From NCBI GenBank assembly GCA_964442165.1, contig CAYTXX010000004.1, positions 1 through 33,181 on the forward strand: a stretch of DNA of 33,181 nucleotides. The letters run 5' to 3'. Positions 7,490 through 15,861 of the stretch are shown here, piece after piece; within the stretch, counting starts at the first letter, position 1, and the number at the start of each line of letters is the position of its first letter. A program made the translations under genes and the position numbers. The notes below the pieces were generated by a model. It saw only the letters and a list, made by a program, of their open reading frames with translations. It was not told the origin of the DNA and ran no database searches. The stretch is from an uncultured Desulfurococcaceae archaeon. GTDB taxonomy: Archaea; Thermoproteota; Thermoprotei_A; Sulfolobales; NBVN01.

Positions 7490-9202
7490 GTTTCGGGGAG
7501 CCGAAGAGCGGCTAACCTCGGGCGCTCTCTAGCCATAGGAGGCTCCGTTGGAGCTCTCCTAGGTTTCTTCAATAGCTATGGCTACGCTATCAGCGGCTAC
7601 ACGACATCTGAGCTAACACCCATAGTTGCTGGTGTACTTACCTACCTACTTTACAAGGTCGCTATTAGGAGGTACAGTATATACGACCTCGTAGTCTCCC
7701 TAGCCTTCGCCGTAGGAGTCGACATCACCACGACCCTAACTTCAGGTATGCTGATCACCTACACCCTACTAGCTGAAAGAGCTGACCCGGTAGTCCTAGG
7801 CTTAGCTACCTGGACCTACGGTAGCCTAAGACTAGAGCTCGTAGCCTTCTATCTATTCACCTGCTCTGTTTCAGCTGGAGGTATACTTATCGCACTAGCA
7901 CTAAGCGACCACTTCATAGAGGAGGAGAGGCTCGTATTCCCCATAGGCGGTGCCTCGTGGAGGGTTGTAAGTACGGCTGGAAACCTTAGGAAAAGCTACG
8001 TACTCCTCGCACTAGCTCTAGGGCTTCTCGCGCAGTTAGCCACCTTCTTCAGAGAGCTCTCGGTAGACCTAACCCCCTCCCTCTACCTACTGGTACCAGG
8101 CATGGCGCTCAGCTTATCCGTAAGCCCTGCGGTATTCCTACTCGCACTCCTACTCCCTATGGGCTCGTCCCTAGGGGTAGGTTTAGGGAGCTTGCTAACC
8201 TTCCTCCTAATTACGCCAGCTCTGACGTACCTAGGCCTACTGGTACCTCTACCCACCATGTCATCTTACGATATAGCTACGTCGGCTTCCCCCTCAATAG
8301 CTTCAGTACTGATAGGGTACCTAGTGCTTGTAGCTACATACTACTTAACAAGATATAGGAAGGTCTTCGTACGCTCAATCACCTTCCTCAAGGAGATTAG
8401 GGAGTATAGGAGGAACTTCATCTTAGGTATAGCTATAGTATCCCTCCCTGTAGTACCTGCTGCTATAGTCTACAAGGACCCAGTTAGGATAGTCCTCCTA
8501 GCGCCTGTATTACTCGTTCTCTACATAATTATAACGATACTAACTTGTAGAGTTGTTGGAGAGGTTGGTGTAGTCTCGCAGTCAACTCTTCCAGCAGTTA
8601 CAGGCCTCATGTTCGCAACCGGTATACGGGGAGCTACCCCGTACGTCCTACTTGACCCGTACACCGGTACACCCATGCCCCAGTTCGTAGCAGCCTCCTT
8701 CATGAACGTAGCTAAGCTTAGTAAGTACGCGGGAGTAAGACCTAGCTTTACTGGGATAGCGATGATACTAGGAATACTCCTCGGAGCCCCCCTTACGCTA
8801 CTCTACGGAAACCTCTTGCTAAGCGCTTACGGTACCAGCTCACCTAAACTACCCCTGATTAGGTGGTTACCCGTGGTTACGTGGATGAAGGCCGTGTACA
8901 GCGGGAACATCCTAGCCTTACCCGTGGAGCCGGTAACTATTGGGGTTCTTCTCGCCCTAGCTCTACTAGCACTCATAGAGCTTACCGGCTTTAGGGGGCT
9001 TTCGATCTACGCTGTCCTAGTGGGTCTAACCGTCACCCCCGATGTAGGTTTACTCTTCATCGTAGCAGCCCTCATAAAGTACCTAGCCCTTAGAATAGGT
9101 CCAGACGTCTATGAGAGCGTTATAGCTTACTCCTCCATAGCCTTAGCTGGGAGCACTATAGCTGTAGTACTCTACACAATACTGGAGCTCCTAGGTGTTT
9201 AG
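7460..9202 (+). CDS. OPT-superfamily (oligopeptide/metal-chelate type) transporter-like polytopic membrane protein
   Basis: 580 aa with many predicted TM helices. The N-terminal region LAIGGSVGALLGFFNSYGYAISGYTTSELTPIVAGVL resembles the conserved OPT N-terminus. The start may instead be GTG 7484. Confidence 0.5.
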   Translation: MPYKTVLWVQVSGSRRAANLGRSLAIGGSVGALLGFFNSYGYAISGYTTSELTPIVAGVLTYLLYKVAIRRYSIYDLVVSLAFAVGVDITTTLTSGMLITYTLLAERADPVVLGLATWTYGSLRLELVAFYLFTCSVSAGGILIALALSDHFIEEERLVFPIGGASWRVVSTAGNLRKSYVLLALALGLLAQLATFFRELSVDLTPSLYLLVPGMALSLSVSPAVFLLALLLPMGSSLGVGLGSLLTFLLITPALTYLGLLVPLPTMSSYDIATSASPSIASVLIGYLVLVATYYLTRYRKVFVRSITFLKEIREYRRNFILGIAIVSLPVVPAAIVYKDPVRIVLLAPVLLVLYIIITILTCRVVGEVGVVSQSTLPAVTGLMFATGIRGATPYVLLDPYTGTPMPQFVAASFMNVAKLSKYAGVRPSFTGIAMILGILLGAPLTLLYGNLLLSAYGTSSPKLPLIRWLPVVTWMKAVYSGNILALPVEPVTIGVLLALALLALIELTGFRGLSIYAVLVGLTVTPDVGLLFIVAALIKYLALRIGPDVYESVIAYSSIALAGSTIAVVLYTILELLGV

Positions 9203-9204
9203 GT

Positions 9205-10767
9205 ATGGAGAGCGTTGTACTTATCTTCGTTACGACTTACTTCACCATACTACTGCTAACCGTGGTACTCCTATTGAAGGAGAGGAGGAGCGTAGAACTC
9301 CACGCACCAGCTACTCTTAAGACGTACCAGAGGTTAAGCTCGACTAGGTTCATAGTCTTCGGTAAGGTTCTGAGAATAACTACGTTGAACTTTGCGACGG
9401 CTGTAGTCCTTCTATGCTTTATACTTTCAGCAGTCATAGCGGCAGCTACGTACACTGAAAGAAGTGCTGAAGTAAAGCAGTACCTCAGTAGCTACGTAGA
9501 CGAACCCATAGCTATTGTTAAGCTAGCTAGACCCTATACCGAGAACCTAGCTATCAACGCTCTCACGCAAGTACTGCCTGAAAATGCTTCTCTAACCTTA
9601 CTCTACCGATCTGTACTCGATAAAGGTTTGATTGTAGAGGGGATCCCGGGAGTTAAGTGGGTAGCTGTAGGAGTCTCTGGGAGCTTAGCTAAGGAGCTAA
9701 ACGTAACGTACGGAACTATCCTAACCGGATGTCGGGGGACCTATACTGAGGTGTGGGTAGATTCGCTGAAGGTGTACGTAAGGTGTAGCGCCGAAGAGCT
9801 GTTTAGACTGAGGGTAGCCCCTCTAGAGCCCCTGCTACCAGTACTAGGCTACCTCGGTACTGAGCCTATAATCCCTGCCCCGGATATGGTACTCTTATCG
9901 GATATCCATACCATGGCTGAGGTTCTTAACCTCAGCGACGCCTTAGTGACCGACATAGTTATTAGGGGTGCGGTAGGGTTAGACCAGGTAAGGAGGCTTA
10001 CTGAGCTCCTAGAGGTAGATTCTCTGTACTACTACAGCGGAGACTCTGTAGTTGTAGTAGGTTCTGCTAGGGTAATCACTACGGAAGCTTTAGTCTCCAC
10101 GGCACTGGTTCTACTCTCGTGTGTAGTCCTAGTAACGGTAGCCTATAGGTCCCTAATCCCCGAGTTCAAGTCTATCTACAACATGCTGCTTCTTCAGGGA
10201 CTACCACCTTGGGGTATATCCGTAGCTATAGCTACGCACGCTATCCTACTGATAACTATAGGAACCGTAACATCCTCCGCACTAGTATACAAGTTGTTTA
10301 CAGCTAAGCAAGCCTTAGTCTCAGCCACAGTCTGCCTACTTTCCGGTACGATATCCCTAGCTGTAGTAGTCCGAGAGGTAGGAGCGGAAACCCTTAGCTA
10401 CGGAGCGTATACCCCTGTAGTTGAGAGGCATGAGCTAGTCATCCCAGTAGCTGAAAGGGTGAGCGTTGACGAACTAGTAAACATCGTTAGAAAAGCTTTC
10501 GAGACTAACGAGTTCTTCGACATGGAGGTCTTCGAGTATAAATCTTGGGGTACGGAATCCATAGTACACTGCAGAGCTACCTATAGGGAGATGTGGGGAG
10601 TTACGGTAAGTAGCTTCATAGGTATTACACTGTCGGAGAGCTTAGTTAAGGTGTTTATAAGTGTAGACATAGGTAGCGTTGAAGAGCTATCTGAGAGCAT
10701 GAGTAACTCCATAAAAGCTCTAGTGGTCTCCAAAGTAATCGGTAGCCTCAAGGTATCCCTAAAGTAG
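9205..10767 (+). CDS. FtsX-like (MacB-type permease topology) membrane protein with an extra C-terminal ~130-aa soluble domain
   Basis: 520 aa. N-terminal TM helices, then a ~210-aa loop, then three TM helices. The segment AYRSLIPEFKSIYNMLLLQGLPPWGISVAIATHAILLITIG resembles the FtsX-domain pattern (..eR.rEig.lkalGa....i....Ea.ll). It starts 3 nt after the OPT stop. Confidence 0.4.
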   Translation: MESVVLIFVTTYFTILLLTVVLLLKERRSVELHAPATLKTYQRLSSTRFIVFGKVLRITTLNFATAVVLLCFILSAVIAAATYTERSAEVKQYLSSYVDEPIAIVKLARPYTENLAINALTQVLPENASLTLLYRSVLDKGLIVEGIPGVKWVAVGVSGSLAKELNVTYGTILTGCRGTYTEVWVDSLKVYVRCSAEELFRLRVAPLEPLLPVLGYLGTEPIIPAPDMVLLSDIHTMAEVLNLSDALVTDIVIRGAVGLDQVRRLTELLEVDSLYYYSGDSVVVVGSARVITTEALVSTALVLLSCVVLVTVAYRSLIPEFKSIYNMLLLQGLPPWGISVAIATHAILLITIGTVTSSALVYKLFTAKQALVSATVCLLSGTISLAVVVREVGAETLSYGAYTPVVERHELVIPVAERVSVDELVNIVRKAFETNEFFDMEVFEYKSWGTESIVHCRATYREMWGVTVSSFIGITLSESLVKVFISVDIGSVEELSESMSNSIKALVVSKVIGSLKVSLK

Positions 10768-10825
10768 CTAATTAAGAAAACCTTACTTAACTACAGCTGA
10801 ATCCCTCTACTCTTTAGGAGGAGCG

Positions 10826-12121
10826 TTAAGGTAGTAACCTCCTCCTATCCCTTGGGAACGGTGTAACCTCCCTAACGTTCTTTGCTCCAGTTAGCATCAA
10901 CCCCAGCCTCGCTAGCCCCATCCCCCAACCAGCGTGGGGGGGCATACCATAGTCGAACCACCTTAGGAAGAACTCGAAGTTCTCTGGGCTTAACCCACGC
11001 TCAAGTAGTCTCTTCACTAGGAGCTCCTTCCTATGTACTCTAGTACTTCCAGAAGCTATCTCTAAGTACCTCCAGACTAGGTCGAAGGACTCGCTATAGA
11101 GCCCATCATCCTTAGGCATGGTGTAGAAGGGTCTAGCTTTATCAGGCCAATCGATTATGAAGTACACCTCCTCGTTAGCTATCCCGGAGAACTTCCTGAG
11201 GTGAGTTATAGATAAGTCCTCCCCCACTTCGATATTCTCCCCACTTTCTCTAAGGGTTCTAACTACGTCCTCGTACCTAAACCTCCTTAGAGGGATCCTT
11301 ACCTCTGGGAGCTCGTGGTTCAGTACCTTAAGCTCCCTAGACGCTCTCTCCCTAACATCGGTAACGACTCTCCAGATCACTCTCTCTAGTACCTCCATAA
11401 CGTCCTCGTAATTAGCGTACGCCATCTCTACGTCTACTGATATGAACTCAGAGAGATGGTAGGGGGTGTCGGACTCCTCAGCTCTCCAAGCTGGTGCTAT
11501 CTCGAAGACCCTCTCAAAGGCTCCGGCAAGTAGCTCCTTGTATAGCTGTGGGCTCTGAGCTAGGTAAGCCTCACGCCCGAAGTAGGCTACTGGGAATAGA
11601 GCTGCACCACCTTCAGTTGCTGCAGCAACTATCTTAGGTGTGAAAACCTCTACGAAGCCTAGGCTGTAGAGCTCCTCCCTAATTGCTCTCAGAGCTATGG
11701 ACATTATCTTGAATACAGCTCTACTCTCCTCTCTTCTTAGGTCTAGAACCCTCTCCTTAAACCTGGTATCGAAGTCCGCCGGTACCTTACCGCTAACATC
11801 TAGGGGCAGCGGGGTCCTAGCTATGCTATGCACCACTATCTCACTTGGAACTACTTCAAAACCTCCAGGAGCTCTGCTATCTGCCTTAACTACCCCCACT
11901 ACCGAGACCGTAGACTCCGGTGTTAGCTTATAGAACAGCTCCACAAGCTTCTTGCTGTCTTTACTTATGACTATCTGAATAAAGCCATCCTTATCCCTAA
12001 GTACTAGGAACTTCTTACCTCCTAAATCCCTCTTGGCGTGAACCCAGCCAGCAACTACTACATTAGCCCCATCCAAGCTGGGGCTTAACTCAGAAGAGAG
12101 GTGCGTTCTGTACTTAGTCAA
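10826..12121 (-). CDS. aspS: Aspartyl-tRNA synthetase, archaeal type (class IIb)
   Basis: 431 aa. N-terminal OB fold (VVVAGWVHAKRDLGGKKFLVLRD), QSPQLYKE, motif 3 GMGLARL, and C-terminal FPRDRRRLLP. Confidence 0.85.
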   Translation of the reverse strand: MTKYRTHLSSELSPSLDGANVVVAGWVHAKRDLGGKKFLVLRDKDGFIQIVISKDSKKLVELFYKLTPESTVSVVGVVKADSRAPGGFEVVPSEIVVHSIARTPLPLDVSGKVPADFDTRFKERVLDLRREESRAVFKIMSIALRAIREELYSLGFVEVFTPKIVAAATEGGAALFPVAYFGREAYLAQSPQLYKELLAGAFERVFEIAPAWRAEESDTPYHLSEFISVDVEMAYANYEDVMEVLERVIWRVVTDVRERASRELKVLNHELPEVRIPLRRFRYEDVVRTLRESGENIEVGEDLSITHLRKFSGIANEEVYFIIDWPDKARPFYTMPKDDGLYSESFDLVWRYLEIASGSTRVHRKELLVKRLLERGLSPENFEFFLRWFDYGMPPHAGWGMGLARLGLMLTGAKNVREVTPFPRDRRRLLP

Positions 12122-12125
12122 CCTC

Positions 12126-12635
12126 CTAGATCACCCTTATCCTAACATTGGTACCTACCATCATGCTCAGTAAGCTCTCCACCTCCTCCTGAGGTGCTGG
12201 TAGGTATCTGAGGTCTGACTTAGGTATTCTAACTACGTACTCCATAGAACCATCTGGAAGCCATAGGGTGTTTACTCCTAAAACCCGCGCTGGCTGGATC
12301 ACACTACGCACTAAATCCCTAGCACTGATGTTCTTAGTGTTAACTATACGTACCCTCGAACTTAGCTCGCTCTCTAAGTGTTTAGCTAGCTTGAGTAGAG
12401 TCCTACTATCCGCATTTGGAACGTCCAGCTGTATCACCACGATGCTACCAAGCTTAACCGACCTGATGTACTCGGAATCACGGAGGAACCTGAAATCAGG
12501 TGCGGACTCAGCCTTTAGGAGAGCTCTCATAACCTCTATGTCGAGCTCCGTCACAGAGCCACTCTTAACTAGGGATTCACACCTAGGGCATAGTACGCCG
12601 GACTTCACACATAGCTGGTCCAGCGGGATCCGCAA
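12126..12635 (-). CDS. Conserved archaeal putative RNA-binding protein (KH/NusA-like annotation class) with an N-terminal Cys motif
   Basis: 169 aa with a TTG start. N-terminus QLCVKSGVLCPRCESLVKSG. It ends 4 nt upstream of aspS, so the two are probably co-transcribed. The family assignment is from memory and is weak. Confidence 0.3.
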   Translation of the reverse strand: MRIPLDQLCVKSGVLCPRCESLVKSGSVTELDIEVMRALLKAESAPDFRFLRDSEYIRSVKLGSIVVIQLDVPNADSRTLLKLAKHLESELSSRVRIVNTKNISARDLVRSVIQPARVLGVNTLWLPDGSMEYVVRIPKSDLRYLPAPQEEVESLLSMMVGTNVRIRVI

Positions 12636-12683
12636 CTCCTACCATCTCTGCGCTTTTTTCCTAGAGCAATTATTAAGGCTAAC

Positions 12684-12693
12684 GCTTTTAAGT
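12684..12693 (+). promoter_or_regulatory. TATA-like box (GCTTTTAAGT) for rpl40e
   Basis: Located 30-39 bp upstream of the ATG at 12723. Confidence 0.45.
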
Positions 12694-12722
12694 GCTAACT
12701 TAAACATAGTCTCGGGACCGGA

Positions 12723-12890
12723 ATGCCGATAACAGACCCAGCGATACTCAAGATAGTGGAGAGCCGTATACTGGATAAGAAAGTGTGCCGTAGGTGCGGG
12801 GCCCTAAACCCCCCAGAGGCAGAGAAGTGTAGAAGGTGTAAGAGTAGGAACCTCAGACCTAAACGTAAGAGGATAGGCGTAAAGAAGTAG
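12723..12890 (+). CDS. rpl40e: 50S ribosomal protein L40e
   Basis: My own translation gives [55 protein letters not shown] (55 aa, TAG at 12888-12890). It has a CxxC...CxxC zinc ribbon and a basic tail typical of L40e. It is below the length cut-off of the ORF track. Confidence 0.85.
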   Translation: MPITDPAILKIVESRILDKKVCRRCGALNPPEAEKCRRCKSRNLRPKRKRIGVKK

Positions 12891-12969
12891 AGATACCATT
12901 TCAACTCCCGTCAACCACTCCCTACCTTAAAAGGCTGGCTGAAAACTAGCTTCTTCAAGCTCTTTTACC

Positions 12970-13914
12970 TTAGTTTTTCTTAGCTCTGGTATACCGTGAT
13001 ACGCGCTTCCTACCGCGGCTTGGGTAGAACCTGACGTCTACGTGGTATACGAGGTCGGAGCACTCCCTTACTACTCTTACGATCTTCTCTCGGATTCTGT
13101 GTAGCTCTAGTACAGATACCTTAGGGTTAACGTCTATGGAGACCTCCGCGAGCATTAAGGAGCCGAACCTCCTTACAGCTACACCCCTAACCTTAGCTCT
13201 CTCAGAGTTAAGCTCCGATAACCTACTGATTAGGTAGGACTCTATCTCGGGAACCCTGTTGGAGCCTGTAATCGCCTTAATGTTATCCTTAAACACCTCT
13301 AGAAGGCTGTGTGCTACGAACATCATGAGTACAAAGGTGAAGAGCAGCTCCGCAACGTAGCTACCCGTAGTTGCAGTTACTACTACCCCAGCAGAAGCCA
13401 TAGCCGAGGCCGCTAAGTCTACTAGAGCGTGTGTGGAGTCAAAGCTTAGTAGCTCTACCCTATACCTGAGGTAGCTCTGTCTCTCTATTAAAAACACCGC
13501 ACCTGTTATTGCAGCCCCTGTAATGGTAGCAACTAGAGGTAAGTAGCCTACGTAGGAGGGGGCCCCACTCTCAGCTATAGCCCCTAAGTAGTCGACAAAG
13601 AGGTAGCCGTAGACTATTAGTACTATAACGGTACCCAAGCTTACAGCAACACCCTCTAGAATTACCAGAGACCAGGGGAACCTCCTGCTTAATCTACTAG
13701 CTAAGTATAGCACTAAGAGTAGAACCCCCTCTAGTACGGTATCTACAGCCCAGTGAAGGAGGTCTGTCATCAGTATAAGGCCCCCACTCAGAGAAAGTAT
13801 GATAGCGTCTACAGCAGTTCCAACTAGCGAGAGAAGAAAGGAGATTATCAGAGCTCTAAAAGCCCCTTCAAGTCTTAGCTTAAGGCCTTTAGAGCTCCCA
13901 GTACCCATACCCAA
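12970..13914 (-). CDS. Cation diffusion facilitator (CDF) family divalent-metal efflux transporter
   Basis: 314 aa with six hydrophobic helices. Paired H/D motifs LLHWAVDTV and THALVDLAAS, plus a C-terminal cytoplasmic domain (VSIDVNPKVSVLELHRIREKI). Confidence 0.6.
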   Translation of the reverse strand: MGMGTGSSKGLKLRLEGAFRALIISFLLSLVGTAVDAIILSLSGGLILMTDLLHWAVDTVLEGVLLLVLYLASRLSRRFPWSLVILEGVAVSLGTVIVLIVYGYLFVDYLGAIAESGAPSYVGYLPLVATITGAAITGAVFLIERQSYLRYRVELLSFDSTHALVDLAASAMASAGVVVTATTGSYVAELLFTFVLMMFVAHSLLEVFKDNIKAITGSNRVPEIESYLISRLSELNSERAKVRGVAVRRFGSLMLAEVSIDVNPKVSVLELHRIREKIVRVVRECSDLVYHVDVRFYPSRGRKRVSRYTRAKKN

Positions 13915-14050
13915 CCACCCGCCCTCAAGCTTTGGAGCATCTTAACTAGGTCCAGACTACCGATACTAACAATTACATGCTACATTCAAATTAAACCGGT
14001 TTTATAGCTGTCTTAAATCAGCTACAGCAGTAATGTTGCTACTACAAGCT

Positions 14051-14572
14051 CTACTCCACCTGCTTAGACGAGTAGATCACGGGTCCGTAGCATACTAGCC
14101 TACCAAATACCTCTAGTGACAGTATGTGGCTACAGTCAGTTGCCAGAGACCTCCTAAGCTCCCTTAGGAGGGAGTTTACGAACTCCTTACCTAGAGTACC
14201 TGTACGCGGAGCCCTAACCCGACCTATGCATAGCCCCTCTGCTTCTAGGTACCCCCTAATGGTGTTAGCAAGGTGTTGAGCAAGTTCTCTACTCTGCTTT
14301 ACTACATCGCTACATCCAGCTACGTAACTAATGTACTCCACCGCCGAGAGAGTTTGCACGCCGAGTACAGCCTCTATAAGGTGAGGCTCTAAGCAGGACT
14401 TTACCACTACCACCCCCTTTATATCAGGTATAAGTACCTCTACCCGGGGGTCGTACGGGTAGATCGCATCACCTATCTCAAGAGAAGCCCTCTCCTCCTT
14501 AGAGTAGCGTGTAGTCGCGATATACGTGTAGAGAAGAGCCTTCCCAGGATACTGCTCCCCGAAACAGCGCAT
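14051..14572 (-). CDS. THUMP-domain-like predicted RNA-binding protein (COG1818-like)
   Basis: 173 aa. The pattern LLYTY...EERASLEIGD...IKGVVVV...RVRAPRTG...ILSLEVFG resembles small archaeal THUMP proteins. The assignment is by eye only. Confidence 0.35.
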   Translation of the reverse strand: MRCFGEQYPGKALLYTYIATTRYSKEERASLEIGDAIYPYDPRVEVLIPDIKGVVVVKSCLEPHLIEAVLGVQTLSAVEYISYVAGCSDVVKQSRELAQHLANTIRGYLEAEGLCIGRVRAPRTGTLGKEFVNSLLRELRRSLATDCSHILSLEVFGRLVCYGPVIYSSKQVE

Positions 14573-14581
14573 CTCTAAGTA

Positions 14582-14827
14582 CTAGCTAGAGCAGAGTTTC
14601 CTCAAAATAACTTTCTCGAAGTACGTAGGCTGGATCCACATAAGCCAAGCCGGTGTCCTCTTTATGAACTCGTAGGCCTCCCCCCAATCCTCTAACCCAA
14701 GGTCCTCCGAGAGCTTCTCTAAGCTATACTCTGAGCGGACGTACTTGTTTAGTAGAGCTATCAGCTCCTTAGTTACTGCTATCTCCTTTCCGTTACTCAA
14801 CCTTATCACAGGTACGCACTCATCCAT
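14582..14827 (-). CDS. Small hypothetical protein (81 aa)
   Basis: ATG start with a TATA-like box 32-39 bp upstream. A 9-nt gap separates it from the downstream THUMP-like gene. No family was recognised. Confidence 0.45.
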   Translation of the reverse strand: MDECVPVIRLSNGKEIAVTKELIALLNKYVRSEYSLEKLSEDLGLEDWGEAYEFIKRTPAWLMWIQPTYFEKVILRKLCSS

Positions 14828-14858
14828 CCACCTTTACCCACTAGCTTATGGAGACACA

Positions 14859-14866
14859 CTTAAAAG
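14859..14866 (-). promoter_or_regulatory. TATA-like box (CTTTTAAG on the minus strand) for the 81-aa / THUMP-like gene pair
   Basis: Located 32-39 bp upstream of the ATG at 14827. Same core as the tRNA and L40e promoters. Confidence 0.45.
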
Positions 14867-15083
14867 CTCTAGGTAGCCAACCCCTCCTACGTACATAGGA
14901 TCCCATAACACTCTTCTAGGTACTTTATAGGGAGATTCATAAGATTAGAGTCTACTTAAGCTACCGTAAGTGGGAGGCGACGTCGAGTACCGAGCTTAGC
15001 GGAGTCTGTGAACTCACCTTGTAGATATGGGGAGAGACCCTTTATTGTCGATAAGGTACTGGCACAAGGGACTTAAGGAAGCT

Positions 15084-15752
15084 CTATAAGCACCTCCTAC
15101 TGTACTCCTCAACTAAGTTCACCTCAGTTACCTCCCCTCCAGGTGTCAGCTCTCTGAATACTCTTGCAACGAACTTCTTCACCCTTACTCGATCGCTTAA
15201 CCAGCAGTCCGGGTCTAGACCTGCCTTTATGCAGGTCTCCGATAGGAATGTCTCCGCATCCCAGCAGTACTCCACTGGAACCTCTGGTAGTAGTACACCT
15301 TTGTATACCCTGTACTCAACTACGAGCCCGTCCTGTCCTACCCTAACCTCGCGGGCTCTCTCCCTTCCTCTAGCCTTAATGTCCTGCGGTACCGAGAGTA
15401 CGCTAACTTCAAAGATTAGGTGGTTTAGCTCCTCTAGACTTACCGGCTCAAAGCGCGGGTCTTCAAAAGCTGCTGCAAGAGCTGTAGTTACTACGTTCCT
15501 CACTAGAGGCTCTATAGGGACTAAGTAGCCTATACATCCCCTTAAAACGAGGTCGCCACCTGATATCTTCCTGATAGTTGTAAACGTCATCCCCTTAGCC
15601 AGCAACCTCTCTTCAACCTCCGGAAGCTCGGGTACCTTCCCCGACCTCAGATACTCCTCAACAGCCCTCCTAGCAAGCCTTACTAGAGTAACACCGTCGC
15701 TAAGCCTCAACTGCGATGGGTCTACGTACTGACTAGCTGTAGTACCCCCCAA
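15084..15752 (-). CDS. AMMECR1-domain protein
   Basis: 222 aa containing the family signature LRGCIGY and DPRFEPV. Confidence 0.8.
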   Translation of the reverse strand: MGGTTASQYVDPSQLRLSDGVTLVRLARRAVEEYLRSGKVPELPEVEERLLAKGMTFTTIRKISGGDLVLRGCIGYLVPIEPLVRNVVTTALAAAFEDPRFEPVSLEELNHLIFEVSVLSVPQDIKARGRERAREVRVGQDGLVVEYRVYKGVLLPEVPVEYCWDAETFLSETCIKAGLDPDCWLSDRVRVKKFVARVFRELTPGGEVTEVNLVEEYSRRCL

Positions 15753-15861
15753 TACCGAGGCCCCGCTCTAAGACCGGAAGAAACCTATTAAACCTCTAGC
15801 AGAGACCTGTGTCCTTTAAGATGTTAGGAGGTAGTAGAGAGGTTAGTAAAAGTTGAAGACC

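Noticed and set aside
12268-12732. 154-aa plus-strand ORF overlapping the 169-aa minus-strand gene.
   Set aside because: Its translation is Ser/Leu/Thr-rich and low in complexity, with no recognisable motif. It is fully antisense to a well-formed conserved-looking gene, and its 3' end runs out of frame into the L40e start. It looks like a by-product of codon bias on the opposite strand.
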